Assembly: GCF_001949145.1 (NCBI RefSeq)
Contig: NW_019091358.1
Location: 806,961-870,960, forward strand
From: Acanthaster planci
Lineage: Eukaryota
Length of the DNA: 64,000 nt
Direction: 5' to 3'
Shown here: piece by piece, positions 34,395 through 49,100 of the stretch
How positions within the stretch are numbered: the stretch's first letter is position 1
How the letters are laid out: each line of letters begins with the position of its first letter
Translations under genes and position numbers: made by a program
Notes under the pieces: model-generated
What the model was told of the DNA's origin: nothing
Databases searched by the model: none
The model's input: the letters and a program-made list of their open reading frames with translations, nothing else

Positions 34395-37068
34395 AGACGT
34401 GGGAGTTATCATCCATTGAGCTTGCTCTGTTTTCGTAGTTGATGGGTTCTCACTAGATCTGGGATTTCATGTACAAAGTATTAAACCGTGTTAAAAAACC
34501 TCTAAAACAAGCTTCTATTAACCATCGTTTCTTCTCTACACTGTCTGAAATCCGACCATGTACAAATATATACATTAGGGCAGGGGACCCAAGACAAGAT
34601 TGTGAAGAAGTTGCTTGCTTGTATGTGCAGAGAGCAAAATTTCTCTACAAGTAGAGTTTCTCTTGTTGCCAATATCTGTTTTGGTGGCTTAGCCTCCCCT
34701 TCACCGTCTCCCGCCCCTTTGATGACTTTTTTACTTGGGGTGTACCACGATGAAATGCCATTCGTATGTTCCCTTCTTTCCCTCACTCTGCCCGGCATTT
34801 TTGAGATGCACCGCGGGTTCAGGCGACAACTGGACTAACTACAATTCATCAAGATGTTTGAAAAGAGGGCATGAAACTATTCAACATTTCAGCAGTGGAT
34901 TGCTGTTAATTTGCCAGGGGTGACTGTTGGGTGAGCAAATGCAGTACGCATACCGCATTTTTGATCTGCCCCATGTTATGACAATAGCTGTGTGATTGTT
35001 TGTATCGTGCACAGTTTGTTCATTCAGTCTGCTTTTTCTTTTCTTTATAATGTATGCATCTTGTAGGATACACATGGAATTCTATCAAATTTGCCTGCTA
35101 CTGACCTTCGTTCTGGGTTGCTTAAATGACTTTCGTTTTAATTGCTGCTTCTTTACTAAAAAATGTGGAGGTACTTTTCCGGTACAGATTCCTTTGCTTA
35201 AAAATCTCGTCCATTTCAGTAGAACGTTTTTACAGGGCACTGCTAGAAATGAAAGATGAAACCTTGATTGAATTTTGAAATGATGAAAATAATTGTTTAT
35301 TACCCAGCTTTTGACTGAAGTTTGTCCACGAATTGTAAAATAATTGTTCAAGGTAACATGGAATGCATGTCCATTTGGATTTATTTGAAGTAGAAATGTT
35401 CTTGTTGATCATAAAATGAGTTGCTCAAATGGGATGCATGTTGTATTTGCCGAATGGCTGTGGTATTTCAATTGTTAAGATGACATCTGTGCTTTGCTGT
35501 AAATTCTGAAGCTGTATAGGCTATTATAAATTCACTCTACTATATACAGGACACCAAAAATACTATGTGGTAGAAAGCATTTTAAAAACATGCCAGATCC
35601 TGCTGGCTTCCACTCCTTCAATGGCAATTTTTTTCAGCTTAAAATGCTGTTAAAAACCAATTTGTAAGCTGTCTCTCTATATTCAATCGGTCACTTATTG
35701 TCATATAATGTTAATGGATTATAACCACACATTGTTTTGTCTGGTAATTCCTTTTTTTGTAGCATTTTCAGCTGTACTACAGAGCTTAAACTTTAAATTG
35801 AACTGTTTATGGCTAGCTTTACCAATAGTCCATTCCAGAACTATAGACCATCTCGCGTGAAAAAAGTAAGAAGCTCACGTTCTGTATCTTGGTTACTTTC
35901 TGTTAAACATTTCATCTGAGACAGAGAATTCATACACTTTAAAAGTGAATTATGCTTTTGAGTTTTGACTTAGCTGAACCATCCTTCAGTTGATTACAAC
36001 TGGTTAAGCAGCTTCATGAATAAATGTGGAGAACTTTGTAGCGTGTTTGAAGATAGTGTTGATATCCATTGTACACTTTGATCCAATACAGCTGTCATTG
36101 TTTCAGCATGCGAGACTGAACTGTGTGACTTTTTCTGTTTGTGTCTTTAATCTGTTTGGTACATTGATATCTGTAAACCAAATGCGCAAGGACGTCCATT
36201 TGAAAAGGTTGAACAGCTGAAAATCCTTGTTTGTCCAAGAGCTCATCTTTTGTGTGCGCGCAAACGCTTGACCATGGGTTTTGACATGACAGCTTTCCAG
36301 TGCAGAATTTCACTCAGGCGAACTGAATTAATGAATATCGGCCCCCAAACCCAGTACATGTACCGGAGCACTTGCTTTCTCGCCACTAAAAAGTCACTCG
36401 GATAGTTACGAATCTTGCTGGACAGGTAATTGTATGTAGTCAACAATGGGAGGGGGGGGGGGCTTGGCCAACTCAACTGTTAGCTGTTGCAATCTATGTT
36501 GATTGCCATGCACTCTGTCACGTTCGTGCCTTGCAAGGTTGAGTTGTCCCACCAGTCGAGTTGTCTTGACATCCTGCAACAGTGCTACAAACTGTTCCTC
36601 ATGGTCTAAGATAACATTTTTGTACAAGCTTCAAGCTAAAAACTTGACCCTTAAAATAGTATCTCTTTGTCTTGTGTTAGAGGAAAATTCCCCCAAATAA
36701 TCCATTTACCTACCAAAAAGTTATTTAAAATGAAAAATCCAAAAAAAATTTGAAATTCCTAATGATAAAAATAATGTGCATGGTTGTATTGGAGAACTGA
36801 GCTTCATACTGTGACGTTGATGCATACGTGCCTGCAACCTGTCATGTCTGATTTATCTGTAGGGTGTTAATAAAAGTTAGCGCCCTCTGTCGACATGAGG
36901 CCCTTTCTTCTGGACGTGTACCTAGCCTCACCTGTATCAATCATGGGACTGAGCGCACTAAGATCAACTAGGGACCAGCCTATGGTGAAATATGACTGTG
37001 CTCTGTCTCGAAAACCCTTTGCTATTGCACGTCTTCTTGAGTTCTTACCTTAAAACGTGAAAGAAAAG

Positions 37069-37107
37069 ATGGAACTAGGCAATAGTGAGATGAGTAATAA
37101 AATAAGG
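37069..37107 (+). CDS. ZC3H14: ZC3H14 exon 1
   Basis: AAGATGG; MELGNSEMSNKIR /gtaagt. Confidence 0.85.
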
Positions 37108-40100
37108 GTAAGTCGGAAAGAGAAGTAAAGATATAATGTTAGGTTATATTGCCCTAGATTTTGTTTGAATTGGAAACGAAGTGTCAGGTAGGTAGGCCCT
37201 AATGTAGGATTAGGACGAGTAGGCCTATAATCAGGTGATAGCCCCACTAAGTCAGCTAGTGCGTTACAGTACAGGTCAGAATTTTAGCTGACACGTTCAC
37301 ACACGATCAGTGAACCTGACACGCTGTTCAATGCACGCTTTGCTGTTTTTACCGTGCATTACTGGTCCAATGCTAGCCCCACTAGTGTGGCACGGACTCT
37401 CACCTCCGCTCCATCCTTAGCCACACATCTGTATACGCAATTTCGTGTCGGCGTACTGAAAATTTTGGGCGCACCCACTTATCATCGTGGGCACAATTTC
37501 TTTTGCACACAGAGATGATCCTTAGCCTCTCCGCTTTCTTAGCACCACTTAAGTTATGGAATGATTTCACTCATGTTGTTCTGGTATTTTCCAGTCTTTT
37601 TGCCTTCACTCATTTAATCTCACGGGCTCGCTCTCACAGTCTAGTCGCCATCTTTAAAATAAAGTAATTGAACATTACATCCTTTGACTCCTCATTGTCT
37701 CAATGGCTGTTCCATGTCAAGACATATCTAATACACGGACTGAGCGATAAGATACTACATGTACCAATGGGCTCTTCCAAAACTTTGGCAGTATTGATGT
37801 TTCAAACCATCTGACTTGATACCAGAGGGCTTATTTTTTGGAGTGCTTTTATTGACATTTTGCAGCTCAACAGTTTCTACTTTTTCTTTTCAGTCAGCAA
37901 TCAAGGCCAAACTTGTGGAACTAGGATCCTATGTTGGTAAGTATTCAGTGTGAAATATGATTGGAAGGTTTACAAGATGGGTGTAGCAATGTGACAACGG
38001 TTTGTGACAGTGCGATACGCCATGTTAATCTCTGAGGCTCTGAAGTAAAAGGCAGCTGATGGACCTAGTGTGGTTGGCTTCAGATTTTCAAGCACACATG
38101 AGATTCACAGTCACACGGTGTTGCCAGAAACCTTCATCACCTATTTAATATGGGGAATTATTTTCTGTTCAAAGATAAGTGCTGAACTGAATACATATTC
38201 AATATTTACCCAAGAATCTTGACTGGTTCAAGATTGAAAAGCAAGAAATGATGTTTGACAAACAAAAGTGAGGGTAAAATGAATATAATGATAGCGTGCA
38301 TTATCAAATTTGTAACTCATAGTTGCTGCTGTAGCATTTGGAGAGGAGTAAAACTTAGTTGGAGGGCTCAGGGCCTTTAACTTTTCTGATTTCTGTTTCA
38401 CAGAATTCCTCGTGAGCCCCAAATGCCTTTGAGCCTTAAAAAAAAAAAATTGCTGTTGAACCATTCTGTCTCTGCAGATGATGAGCTGCCAGATTACATC
38501 ATGGTCATGATTGCCAACAAGAAGTCACTGGCCCAGATGACCGATGACCTTTCCCTGTTCCTGGGAAATAACACAGTGACCTTCACGTCCTGGTATGGCT
38601 TTCTCGTACTGACCCAATCCTGCAAACAGAGAGGAATGATTTGTACTCTGATCTTGAATTTCTGTCAGATCGAGCACGTTAAGCGTTGTGTCAAGCACCT
38701 AATGCCTCATAGTTTTGCATTGGTGTCATTCTGTAAATTAGGGGTCCAATTTTCTTCTTGTCCCTGTCAAATCTGACATACCGGTACATGTATGATTGTA
38801 TAAGTTCAGAAGATTTTCTCTATTTTCCAAGAGAGATTAATTAATCCGTATTACCTGCCAAACAAATAAAGTAGTATAAAAACAATTCCAGTGATATTTC
38901 CGTGTCAAATTACACAGGTCAGATGTAGCAGGGACACAAAAATGTCACACTTTTGGACCCTGAATTCACAGAATGATCCATTGCATGGTTTTGGTGGCAG
39001 ACACGTCTCTCCGTTGTTAAACAGTCAGTCTTTTTTGTACTGAAGGTTACACACCGTACTTGATACGCTGAAAAAACCTGAAACGGAGCCAAAGCCCAAA
39101 AAGGTCAAAGAGCATGCTGCCAAGAGCAAAAAAGCCAAGGAAAAGAAATCGCCACTCTCTGCCAATCAGAAGCAGGCCAAGGTGAGCGAGGTCCAGTCCC
39201 AGCCAATCCCGTCAGACCCCCACGCTGTGACAGGCTCCAGTGTCGTCCCCTCACCGGCTACACAGAAGCCGACGGTGACCTCCCTAAAAGTAAGTAAAGC
39301 TGATCCGTCCCAGGATGTCATCACCTTGAAGGCGGAGACAGACGACTTTCTGGATGCGGAGCTGGCCCAGGAGGCGCTGGTGATCTCTGAAGGGACCAAG
39401 AAACAGTCGGCGATTGTCTCACCAGTAGCTACGGTCAAGGAGAAGCCTTCACTCTCGGCTGAGAAGAGCAAGTCGTCGCAGCAAAAGCTGGCAGACAAGA
39501 AATCCCTGGCGCCTTCGGGGGCTCCTGTCAGTATGAAGGTTTCTCCAACCTTACCGGTAAGATCATTACGGAAAGTCTCATTATAGCCTTCTTGCTTAAA
39601 TACAGATTCTTGGATCAATGAATTCAGGACTTGTGGATTTTTCAACTTGGCATGGCGTTGCCGGAATTAGAAGTAAAGTTTTTCCAAATTTTACACGAAA
39701 GTGAATGCAGGACTTGTGCAAGTTGACGTTTTGATGCGGCAGTGCCTGCACTCTTGTGTTGTTACTCCCACTGGAATGCAATAGAATACTACTGAACAGC
39801 GGGGGTATATGATATTAAACTGTAACGACCTGGCACTGCTTCTAATTCAACCTCAAATCCGTGGGCTGGATGTGCTCGAGGCATGATGGAAAGTAATATG
39901 GCACGGCATGATCGTACCTGTCGGAACGAGGTGCCATGCATTGCAGTACACATGTGCTATACTGGTGGAAAGTCAAAACTCAGGCGCCCTTTTTTTCGTT
40001 ATGTGCGTTTCTTTAATATGTTTAGTGCTGCTTTGATTGATCAAAATGGCTCTTCATTCCCTTAAAGGCATCAATTGTGGCAGTCTTTCACTTCATAAAG

Positions 40101-43100
40101 GCTTGAAAAATCCCTGGAAATTTTTGCTGCCTGAAAGTCAGGTGGAAAAAGAGTTGTAATGGAAAGACGAAGTTATTTGGAAAAATCAACCAATATTAAT
40201 ACGGATAGCCTACTGCAGGTACCAGTACACATGGTGTAATAAATGGCCGAAATGGAGTACAGAGGGACGTCTGTAAGGAGGCATTTTCCCCTCCAGATTT
40301 TTCATTTTTCTCAAGTCTCACCCCTGCATCAAAATGTATCCTCCATACATGCACATAAAACTCTATTTTGAACACGTTTGGAATGTGCCACTGTTACAGG
40401 TGAAGTGAAATTTTCCTTTTGATGTCTTTTTTTAATACATCATTGTTCAGTGAATGCCCAGCCAAAGTTGTTTCTTCAAAACTGTTGATAATGGTAATCA
40501 ACTGATCCACATAGGGAAACCGACTTCATATTGGTGCTTGTATTGTAATTACTGTGTAGTGATGAATAAAGACATTGACTGAGGATTTGAACCTGTGACC
40601 TCTGGAACACTGCACCGGCACTCTGCCAACTGAGCTACCCAGCCCTATGTTGGTGGTCCAGGCGGTTTTGCCAGAATCATTGAATCCAAAACGCCATTTA
40701 GCCAGAGATCGTGCTCAAAGACATGATGCAAGCAACATAAGTTTTAGCTAAAAATGTTTTAAATCACTCAAAGAGGACTGGGCTTTAACTTTGTGAGAGT
40801 GCTCCCTCATGTTCACGAGTTAACAGTTGAGTGTATTAAAGTTTTGTTAATGGTTTACTGACCAAGCTATGCCTTACTCATTTCATCCTCTTGCTTGCAG
40901 TTTATGTTGTAAAACATATATCTTGCGTAATAAAAGCAAGGTTAAAAGTGAATTACTCTCACATGTGGCCAAAATTAACGTGCCATAATCATATCCTTTC
41001 TAGAGGGAATTCATGCCTTCTTATCTATTAAATCCCTCAAAATCATACTCCTTTCTTGTCATCATTAACACCTGCTTGGTGTTTGATGGGTTTCACGTCA
41101 TCTTGCAATCTCGCTCCTTGGTCTGTTGTGCAGGTGTCGCGGAAACGCAAGGCTCCGGGCTCCGTGATTGGCCAAGTCCTGAATGTGGAAGAGGAGGAGG
41201 AGGATTTACCGGCCAGCTTTGGCAAGAAAGTTGCCAGCACCGTGCAGCCCCAGAGGAGGTCAGATTACAGTTCTTTTAAAATCGCTTACCAGCCCCCCCC
41301 AAAAAAATAAATTTCAAGCATTTCAAGCATACTGTTGATTTTTAAAAGGGGTCTTGGCACAGGTGTAACATGACTTTGGTTTAGACTGTTTTCTTAACCT
41401 GAGAAAAGAGAAACTGTGTCGTAAAATTCACAGCTGTGTGTCTTGCTGAAACACAGCTTACAGGCCACTGACTTGCAAATGCTGCCGTGTTTTCCAGCAG
41501 AAGGGCAAAATGACACTTTGTGTCACAGTGAGATTTTTTTTGGGGGGGGGGCACTTTTGTTGATCAATTTTGGGGAAATCTGCATTTGTACTGGCCAGGT
41601 TTATTATTAGCTAATGCATGTTTCCCCAGGTGTGTATTTCAGTACCTCAGTTTTACTTTTAATAGGCTGCATGTACATCAACAATAATTCTGAACATAAG
41701 ACCTTCCTCTAGAGAACAGCGTCTTAGACAAATGGATACCCTTTTTCAGATTCCTTGCCGCCATGAATGGATTTCATATTAATTTCTAATTTTTACTGGT
41801 GTCCTTTTACAGGACAGCAGCTAAAATACTAGTGCAGTCATATTTTTGGGGGTGAAATGTGTGATTTTGTTCATTCCTCTCAGTTGCCTTGGGGTAGCAG
41901 CATTTCTGCAGGCAACTTTTGAACAGTTGCCAAAATTTTTATAGCTCAGTGCAATTTTTTGGAGCCATTTGATACTTTCGGCAGCACAACTTGTTTTTTC
42001 CTGCCAGGTGTTTAGGGTTTTAGCCAAAGATGAAAAGTGTTTGCTGTTTTGGGAAGGCAACTAGAACCTTTGGTAGCCTGATCAAAACCATTTGGCTCTG
42101 CATTCCTGTGGATGTTAGTACTGACGTGATATACATGTACAAGGGGAAATCTAAGTTTGAACAGTAAGAAAAAATGCAGTAAAGAGGGAAGGACTCGGGT
42201 ATCAATCTGGGGCAAGTTTGATTGCCAACTGTGTGGTTGGTTGCCAACAGGTGCAATTCCACCATTTAGTCAAGTCATTCCTTGCACTTTCATATGCAGT
42301 GCAGGTTCGTCAGAATGACAGCAGACGGACTGCTGTTGATGAAATCACATCCTTGATATCATTTGCAATTTGGCTACTCCTTTCGCCACAATCTGGCATC
42401 AGTTTCACATCAGCGGTTCCCTCTGTACCTCACTGCGCAAGAGGGCTGAGAACCAGCCATACATCTTCTCCCATGCTGCTGTTCCAGTGAACTTTATCAA
42501 CGATCCAACTATGCTGAAATTAAGTGAAAATCAGTGACAGGATCGCACAAAAAAATTCTCAAGTCCTTGTTTTCAGGAACTCTGTATTATTTTTGTATTA
42601 GAAAGAGCAATTTGAGTTCTGTTGCTACTGAAATGATATATTGTTCAGATTGTCGTCTCGATGAAGACAGACATGATGTGGATAGGAAATGTTGATTGTT
42701 TCCATTTATTACACCGTGCAAGATTCTTTTAATTTAAATACCTAAACTGAAAGGTACATGTAACTCCCGTGACTTGTGACTCCTTCCGGAACGTTGGGTC
42801 ACGAATGTGCAGTTATGAACATTGTTATAAGTTGGCCTCAACCTTTGTCATGCAGGCCATCTCTTCCGGTAGAGAAGCAGGCAAACATCTCCTTGTTGAA
42901 GAAGGCCGTTTCGGCAGCCGAGGCTTCCACTAGTCCAGCACTCAAGGCACAGATGAAACAACAAGTACCCAAAATGGCCCCCCGGCGCTTCAAGATAATC
43001 AGGTACGAAACACGCGGGCCAGGACTGACATGGGCATTTTCGTTACAGCTTTGGCTGGTCAGTATGGCAAGCTAAAAAAACGAAAAGATAATCCTAAGAC

Positions 43101-46100
43101 ACCGAATCTGTGATTCGAACACTACCTTAGGAGTCACCTCAAATCTCGTCTGGGGAAAGTAGACTGCAGAAGAGTGTTGAGGCGGAATATTGAGAGTTCC
43201 TGGAAAACTGCCCTGCAATCTTCCCAGAATGAAGTTATGAGTATCTGTATGCACATCCCCCCCCCCAATTGTGGTTTTGGCAGGCCATTCAAGGACACCT
43301 GTGGTTTTCGGGACAGAAGAGCCACAGACAGAGGACTGCAAATTTAATCGCGCACTCCTTACTGGAGCTTTTTGAAGCTTGGAATGAATACACTTTGACA
43401 ACTCACAAAGCTTCTTTACGTTTTTTACTCTGGCTGGAAAACTACGGTTTTACTTTAGGCAAATATACCTTTATTTGCATTTAATGTGGCGATAAAGCAA
43501 ATTTTGAAACCTGGCAATTTTGAACTACAATGGCTTATAGTTTTGAATTCAGAATTGAATGGATATAACCATGGAGGATATGTTATATGGTACAACAAAG
43601 GGCAGAGGTAACAATATAACTAGATCTGTAGAATTTTTATTTCCAACCAACCACCTGATTCAGTCTTCAACACTGTGTTGAGTGACCCAAGGTCAGTCTC
43701 TGGAAATGGCAAACCACCTGAATATTGTCCACCTATTACAAGCCCTCTGGTAATATAAACAGTCCTTCACAGTAAGTGACCTAATGCCGACTCCCCCACA
43801 ACTTGTCCTAAATTAATGTAGTGCTGCAGCTGAACTGAACCAAACTGGGTGGTTCGGTTGTTAGGCTTTAATATAGCATGGCATTGATAGCGCACGGAGT
43901 GCACGCAAGAAAACGCTATACAAAAGCAAACACAACCAAAAATGGATAACAATTTGTGCCGCACCGGTACCTCACTGGCGCTTGGCACATGAGCGTGTAC
44001 ACACATATGGCCCCGCATCACGCGATGATTGTAAAAAGCACGAGGTGAGAATTCACCAATAATCAACCGAGAACAATGCAATGTAGGTCCTACAGGATTT
44101 CCGCTGCACAACAATTCTAACTTCTCACTACATCCAATTGTGCTTATGTATATTCAGATTTAGCATTATGTTTGCCGATCTCCAATAGCCACGCCCTCAG
44201 GTTCCATATTAGGCTAATGATGTAATAAATTTTGATTGGATGCTGAGCACAGTCAGCCTCATGCTTGATCCAAGACAACTCCGGAGGGAAAACTGATTTT
44301 TCCACGCGGGCAGGTGCAGCATCTCAGCAAGGGCGCGTGACAAGATTTGGTTCACACAGTGGCCCAAACTACCCTTCGTTGACCATGTTTGATCAAAGTA
44401 GTTGTGTGAATACATTATAATGGAATTTTGCCAGATCCCTAAGTTCGCAAATCTCAAATTACAAGATGCCGTTATCCGTTTGAAAAAGACTGATGGAAAA
44501 TCGCCCCTTTGGCCACTAGGGCGCTGTCCTGGGAAAGAATGCTGACTGGATACCAAGGTTCTTCTTCGAATACACTGTACATTGGTTTGGCAGTTGAATC
44601 TGTTTCATGAAAAATAACCAAAACACAAAATTCGCTCGAAATTTAATTTGATCTTGTATCCTGTAAAGGAGCAAACCGAGCATGCTGTTTTTTCTGTTCT
44701 CACATGTCCTGCAATGATTTTTGTTGAGTCAAGCGTGTTCCAAACCCAACCGCTTTTGTTCGGCAAAACACGGTCGGAAATTGTCACACCTCCAACGGTA
44801 ACTTTCTATCGAATTTTAGCTCCTATACAAACTTTGGGGAAACAGTTTAGAAAAAGAGCATGTTCACATCGAAGTTGGTGGTGAATGGGGATGGAGGGGA
44901 GATTCATTGCTTGTATTAACGTAACTTACACACGGTAGTACTATATACGGCACGTTCATAGCGTGCTCTTCGATGTCTCCGTGTGCATTGTATATGTACA
45001 TATGCGTACATGTGTGTACGTGTCCTAACCCCAACTGAACTGAAGTTCGGCAAATAGTTTCCGAACCTTGTCCGAACCAAACCCAAACCAAACCTAAATA
45101 AGTGTACAGCTTCTCGCTGGGAAATTTCGGGCCACTCTGCCCACAATTTTGCCACAATTTATTCCTGGCGAGTTTTGACATAACTCCTTCCAATTGCTTT
45201 GTGTGGTGGAACTGTCCCCCATCGCAATGGGGCATTGTAATTTGAAGCTTGGGGATAGAAGAATTACCGTAGCTGACACATTGCTCTGCCTGTGTATGCA
45301 CTTTCTATTGACATTGCCTTTGTGTCACATGATTTGGGACAATTAAAAGTGATACTCATTAGGATGTGCCTCTAATGTTTACTCCTAAGGAAGGCCTGCA
45401 ATGTACATGTGTATGTCAAGTTCATTGGTTAACGCTGGTACATGTATATATGAGGGGGTGCTTCTCCAGCTATGGATGGTTGCTTGTCTAGCAAGTGAGA
45501 TTGTGGGATGTGAGATTGTAGCAATTGTAGGTTGATACACAAAAGGAACGTCGAATTAGTTGCCGTTGAAGGGAATTTTGCAAAAGTGCCGACAAGGTAG
45601 TGCCTCGTGTGATAGTTGTGTGACTGGGTCGCATTATGTCAACCTTTTCCCACAGTGCAGTGAATGCATCCCATGTTTTTTTCCAATCCCTTTTCGTGCA
45701 GGTAGTTATAATGCACAGGGCATAAGTGGTAACAGTTGTAATTCAGTCATCCTCAAGTCGAAAATATTATGCAGATCCCAGCGGGGATGAAAGATGGCAA
45801 GAATTTGCCTCTGTCACAGCCGTGGTCTTGGTGCTTCTTTTTGTAATTTTCAAAGCTCGCTCCTTGAGTGGAAACTCATCAACTTGTCATTCAGTTGTGA
45901 TCACTTGATGACACCTCTACTTGGGCTTAATTGTCTGTTCCCCATAAATGCCATACATTATGTCGTTTTACAGCAGATTGAAATTTGAATGGGCGTTGAA
46001 TTCAAGGATCCCAGATATTATGAAGTCCATGATAAAGCTGTACTGGTCACTATGTTGCCTACTTACTGGAGGAAATAATATCAGTGCAAAATATATCACA

Positions 46101-49100
46101 TCATTTTTGGTTTTCTTGTCTTTTTTTCCCTCCATTTTTCTTTGTGACATAAAATTAGGAAGCAGCAACATTTGCCACCCAAGCGGAACCTTCTCCTCAA
46201 GGCTGTCCAGGAGGCCAAGGAGAGCACCTCCATCACCAGGCAGCTCCAGGGATCTTCGTCGGGCCCGACGGTCCAGCCTAGAGTCCAGATGGAGATGCCG
46301 TCGACGGGACTGGTGTCGCGCTCGCGTCTCCTGGAGCTGACGGAGCGGAACTACGACACACAGGACTTCATGACCGTGTCAGCGGATCCCGCAGATGCAG
46401 CGTCGGTGGCGTGGCAGGGGGAGGAGTATTATGCCGATGATGAGGAACAAGGTGAAGAACCTTTCCGTCACATGGGACCGGCTCTCTGAAAATGAGTCCC
46501 AAGTTTCCAGAGCCACTTTTGAGCCCTTAGGAGGATCTTGCACCGTGGAAAATCAGTGGGGCCCCTCAGCGTTTTCACCCCCGCAATGTCAATTTCTCGT
46601 CATGATGCCACACCGAGCGATACTTCAAAGAAAAGAGCTGATCTTGCTCTCTCTAACACAAACTGAAATAGAATTACTGGAAGAAAAAAAATGGCCTTGT
46701 GACTCCTTGTCACAGAGTGGGTTGGATGCGTGGGAGAGTAGGACTAGAAGATATTTCATTGTAAAGGGGCTTTCATGCAGTGGCTCACGTGGACTGCATC
46801 AGACAGATTTTAAGCTAAAACGCACTCACAATTAGTGCCTTTGTGCAGAATTATAAAAGCTTCTCTAATGTCTGACACCTGTGTTTACACGTATCTAAAC
46901 AGTCACGTATCACGGCCTTGATCTGTCATATGTCGAGTTTGCACATGTGCAGAAATATTTCAAATACAACACATAACATGCTATGTACATGTATTATGAA
47001 GCGTCCACCTGTTAGACACGCCAGGCATTGCGTTAGATGCTTGTCAGCTGGTGGATACAACAAAGTACACGTACAGTCAATTCACACTGCTTTTAGATTG
47101 ACTTCAAATGGTGTGTGTGCTGCCAGAGCATTAGTAAAGTGCTTGTTGTGGTTTTGTTGCTTTGTGTTGGGTGACTGTGTTGTAGTTGGAGAGCAGGCGT
47201 CCACTGCCACAGCACCGGACATCGCTTTATGCATTGGAACAAACGTTGAACGCCAATCCTGGAGCTGCAATTAATTTGTTGAGGTCCGTTTGTACATTTC
47301 AGAGGAAACCGAGAGTCCAGACTCAAGACAAATCTGCCTGACGACAGAGACCAGTCCCACAGAAGTCCTCTACGTCGTGGATGATGACAAGGGGGTTGCT
47401 GAGCCTGTATACAAACCGACCCCTCTGACTTCCCGCCAAAGGTTAGTCTGCACCATAGAGCTATAGCACAGTAGCTAGAGCGTTAGTTAACTCACTGTGA
47501 AAAATGAAAGCTCCTGGTCGCAACCACGCTCGTGCATGAACCTATGGAAAACTTGGCTTTTATATTGCTATTTGCCCATCTGTGTCTATACCCTCAAAGG
47601 ACGTGCCAAAATCCGAAATGCACAGACAGTAAATGAGTGTCTCTGTTTGCTCAGAGTAAAAAGTGCAAGCATGCATATATGCTCTGCAGATGAATTTGGC
47701 TGAGGCTTCTTCGTGCATCATACTTTAGATAGAAAACATGCTTATAGTGTGTGTTTTTCCCGTGCTTGCGATTTGCATTTAGAGTGCATCATTTGGAATT
47801 AGTTCCTTCTTACATGAATCTCATTATGTTCTACAAACATACAAAATGTTGCCAACCCAAGCAAGTAAAAATGTCTGCACTCGGGACGACATCCCAGTTT
47901 CTTTGCTCTAGGAATGAAGAGTTTGCGTTCAAATCAAGCAGTGGAGTTTGCTGCCCGACAGTGTTGTCTTAGGGCAGTGGCTTTGGCATCATAGTGGCTG
48001 ATTTCATGACACCTTATGTAGTGACTTCAATCTCTCAAACCCATTCATTTTTTATAAAGTGAGACATGCAACGTTACGTCACATTTTCCTCCAGTCGGTT
48101 TGCAAGCTGACCCCGTACCCTTTGAAGCCAAAGTAAACTCTGTGGCTGCTCAGTATTTGCAATGAAAAACAGGAGTGGATGATGTGTGGAAGCTCCGTAT
48201 CAACTTTCATCGGTCACAAATGCTGCAAGGAAAAAAGGGAAAAGAAAAGAGTATGACATATTCCAAGTAAAGAAACTTTAATTGTAGTATTTCCGAAGTG
48301 CTGCTGTCCGAGAGGATTGCACAGACTGTTGATAAACATGTAATGTTCAAATTGTTTTAAAACACTTGCCTTCCTGAATATTCGCAAATTCTTATTCAAA
48401 AACAGCACCTCCTACGTAGTACCGAGTACTAGTGTGAGGTGATTTGCACCAGAAAGTGTGATGCAGATTAATGGAGTACGCACACTTGTTGGTTCACTCG
48501 CAGGTTCTCGAGGTAATTCCTTTTACACACAAAATTGTACATGTGACATGTTAAGCTCAACAGCATTGCATATCAGTACTTGTAGATCCCCTTCATTAAC
48601 TTTGAATGGGATCAATCCCAAACTGACCCGGTAAGGGGTGGGCCATGAAGTCTTTACGAAGTGGAGGGGTTGGTATCGCACACACCTAGCATATGGGGTG
48701 GGGCGGACAAATGTATACTCGCAGTGCTTATTCTCAGACCCTCCAACCTTTCCGATTTGGGCAGAAAATTTCTGCTTTTTTTGTCATTTCCCGCTTTTAT
48801 GCATATATTTCCTGAAAAAAGAAAATCCTGCTGGAGGTCAGCATTTCCCCCCCCCCCCCCGAGCGATCAGGGGAACATACCGGTAGTGGTGGCATGGTTA
48901 GCATTGTGATATGCACTTGCAGCTCATGCATGCAAAGTTCATTCAGCTGGTTAGCGACATGCTAATTTGTTGGGTGCAATTTCGAAAAGGGGCAAGTTAC
49001 CAATTTGTTTTCCGTATAAATCTAATTAGGAACCTGCCCAAGTTCAAAATTTGGTAGCACGAATTAGAAATTTGAGCAAACTCTTTGACCTCCAACTCTA

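Noticed and set aside
36095..36627. Overlapping minus-strand ORFs between eIF5 and ZC3H14
   Set aside because: No recognisable domain, frames are broken and there is no coherent splice model
40581..40645. Functional tRNA gene
   Set aside because: A and B boxes are present but the cloverleaf is incomplete; treated as a SINE head
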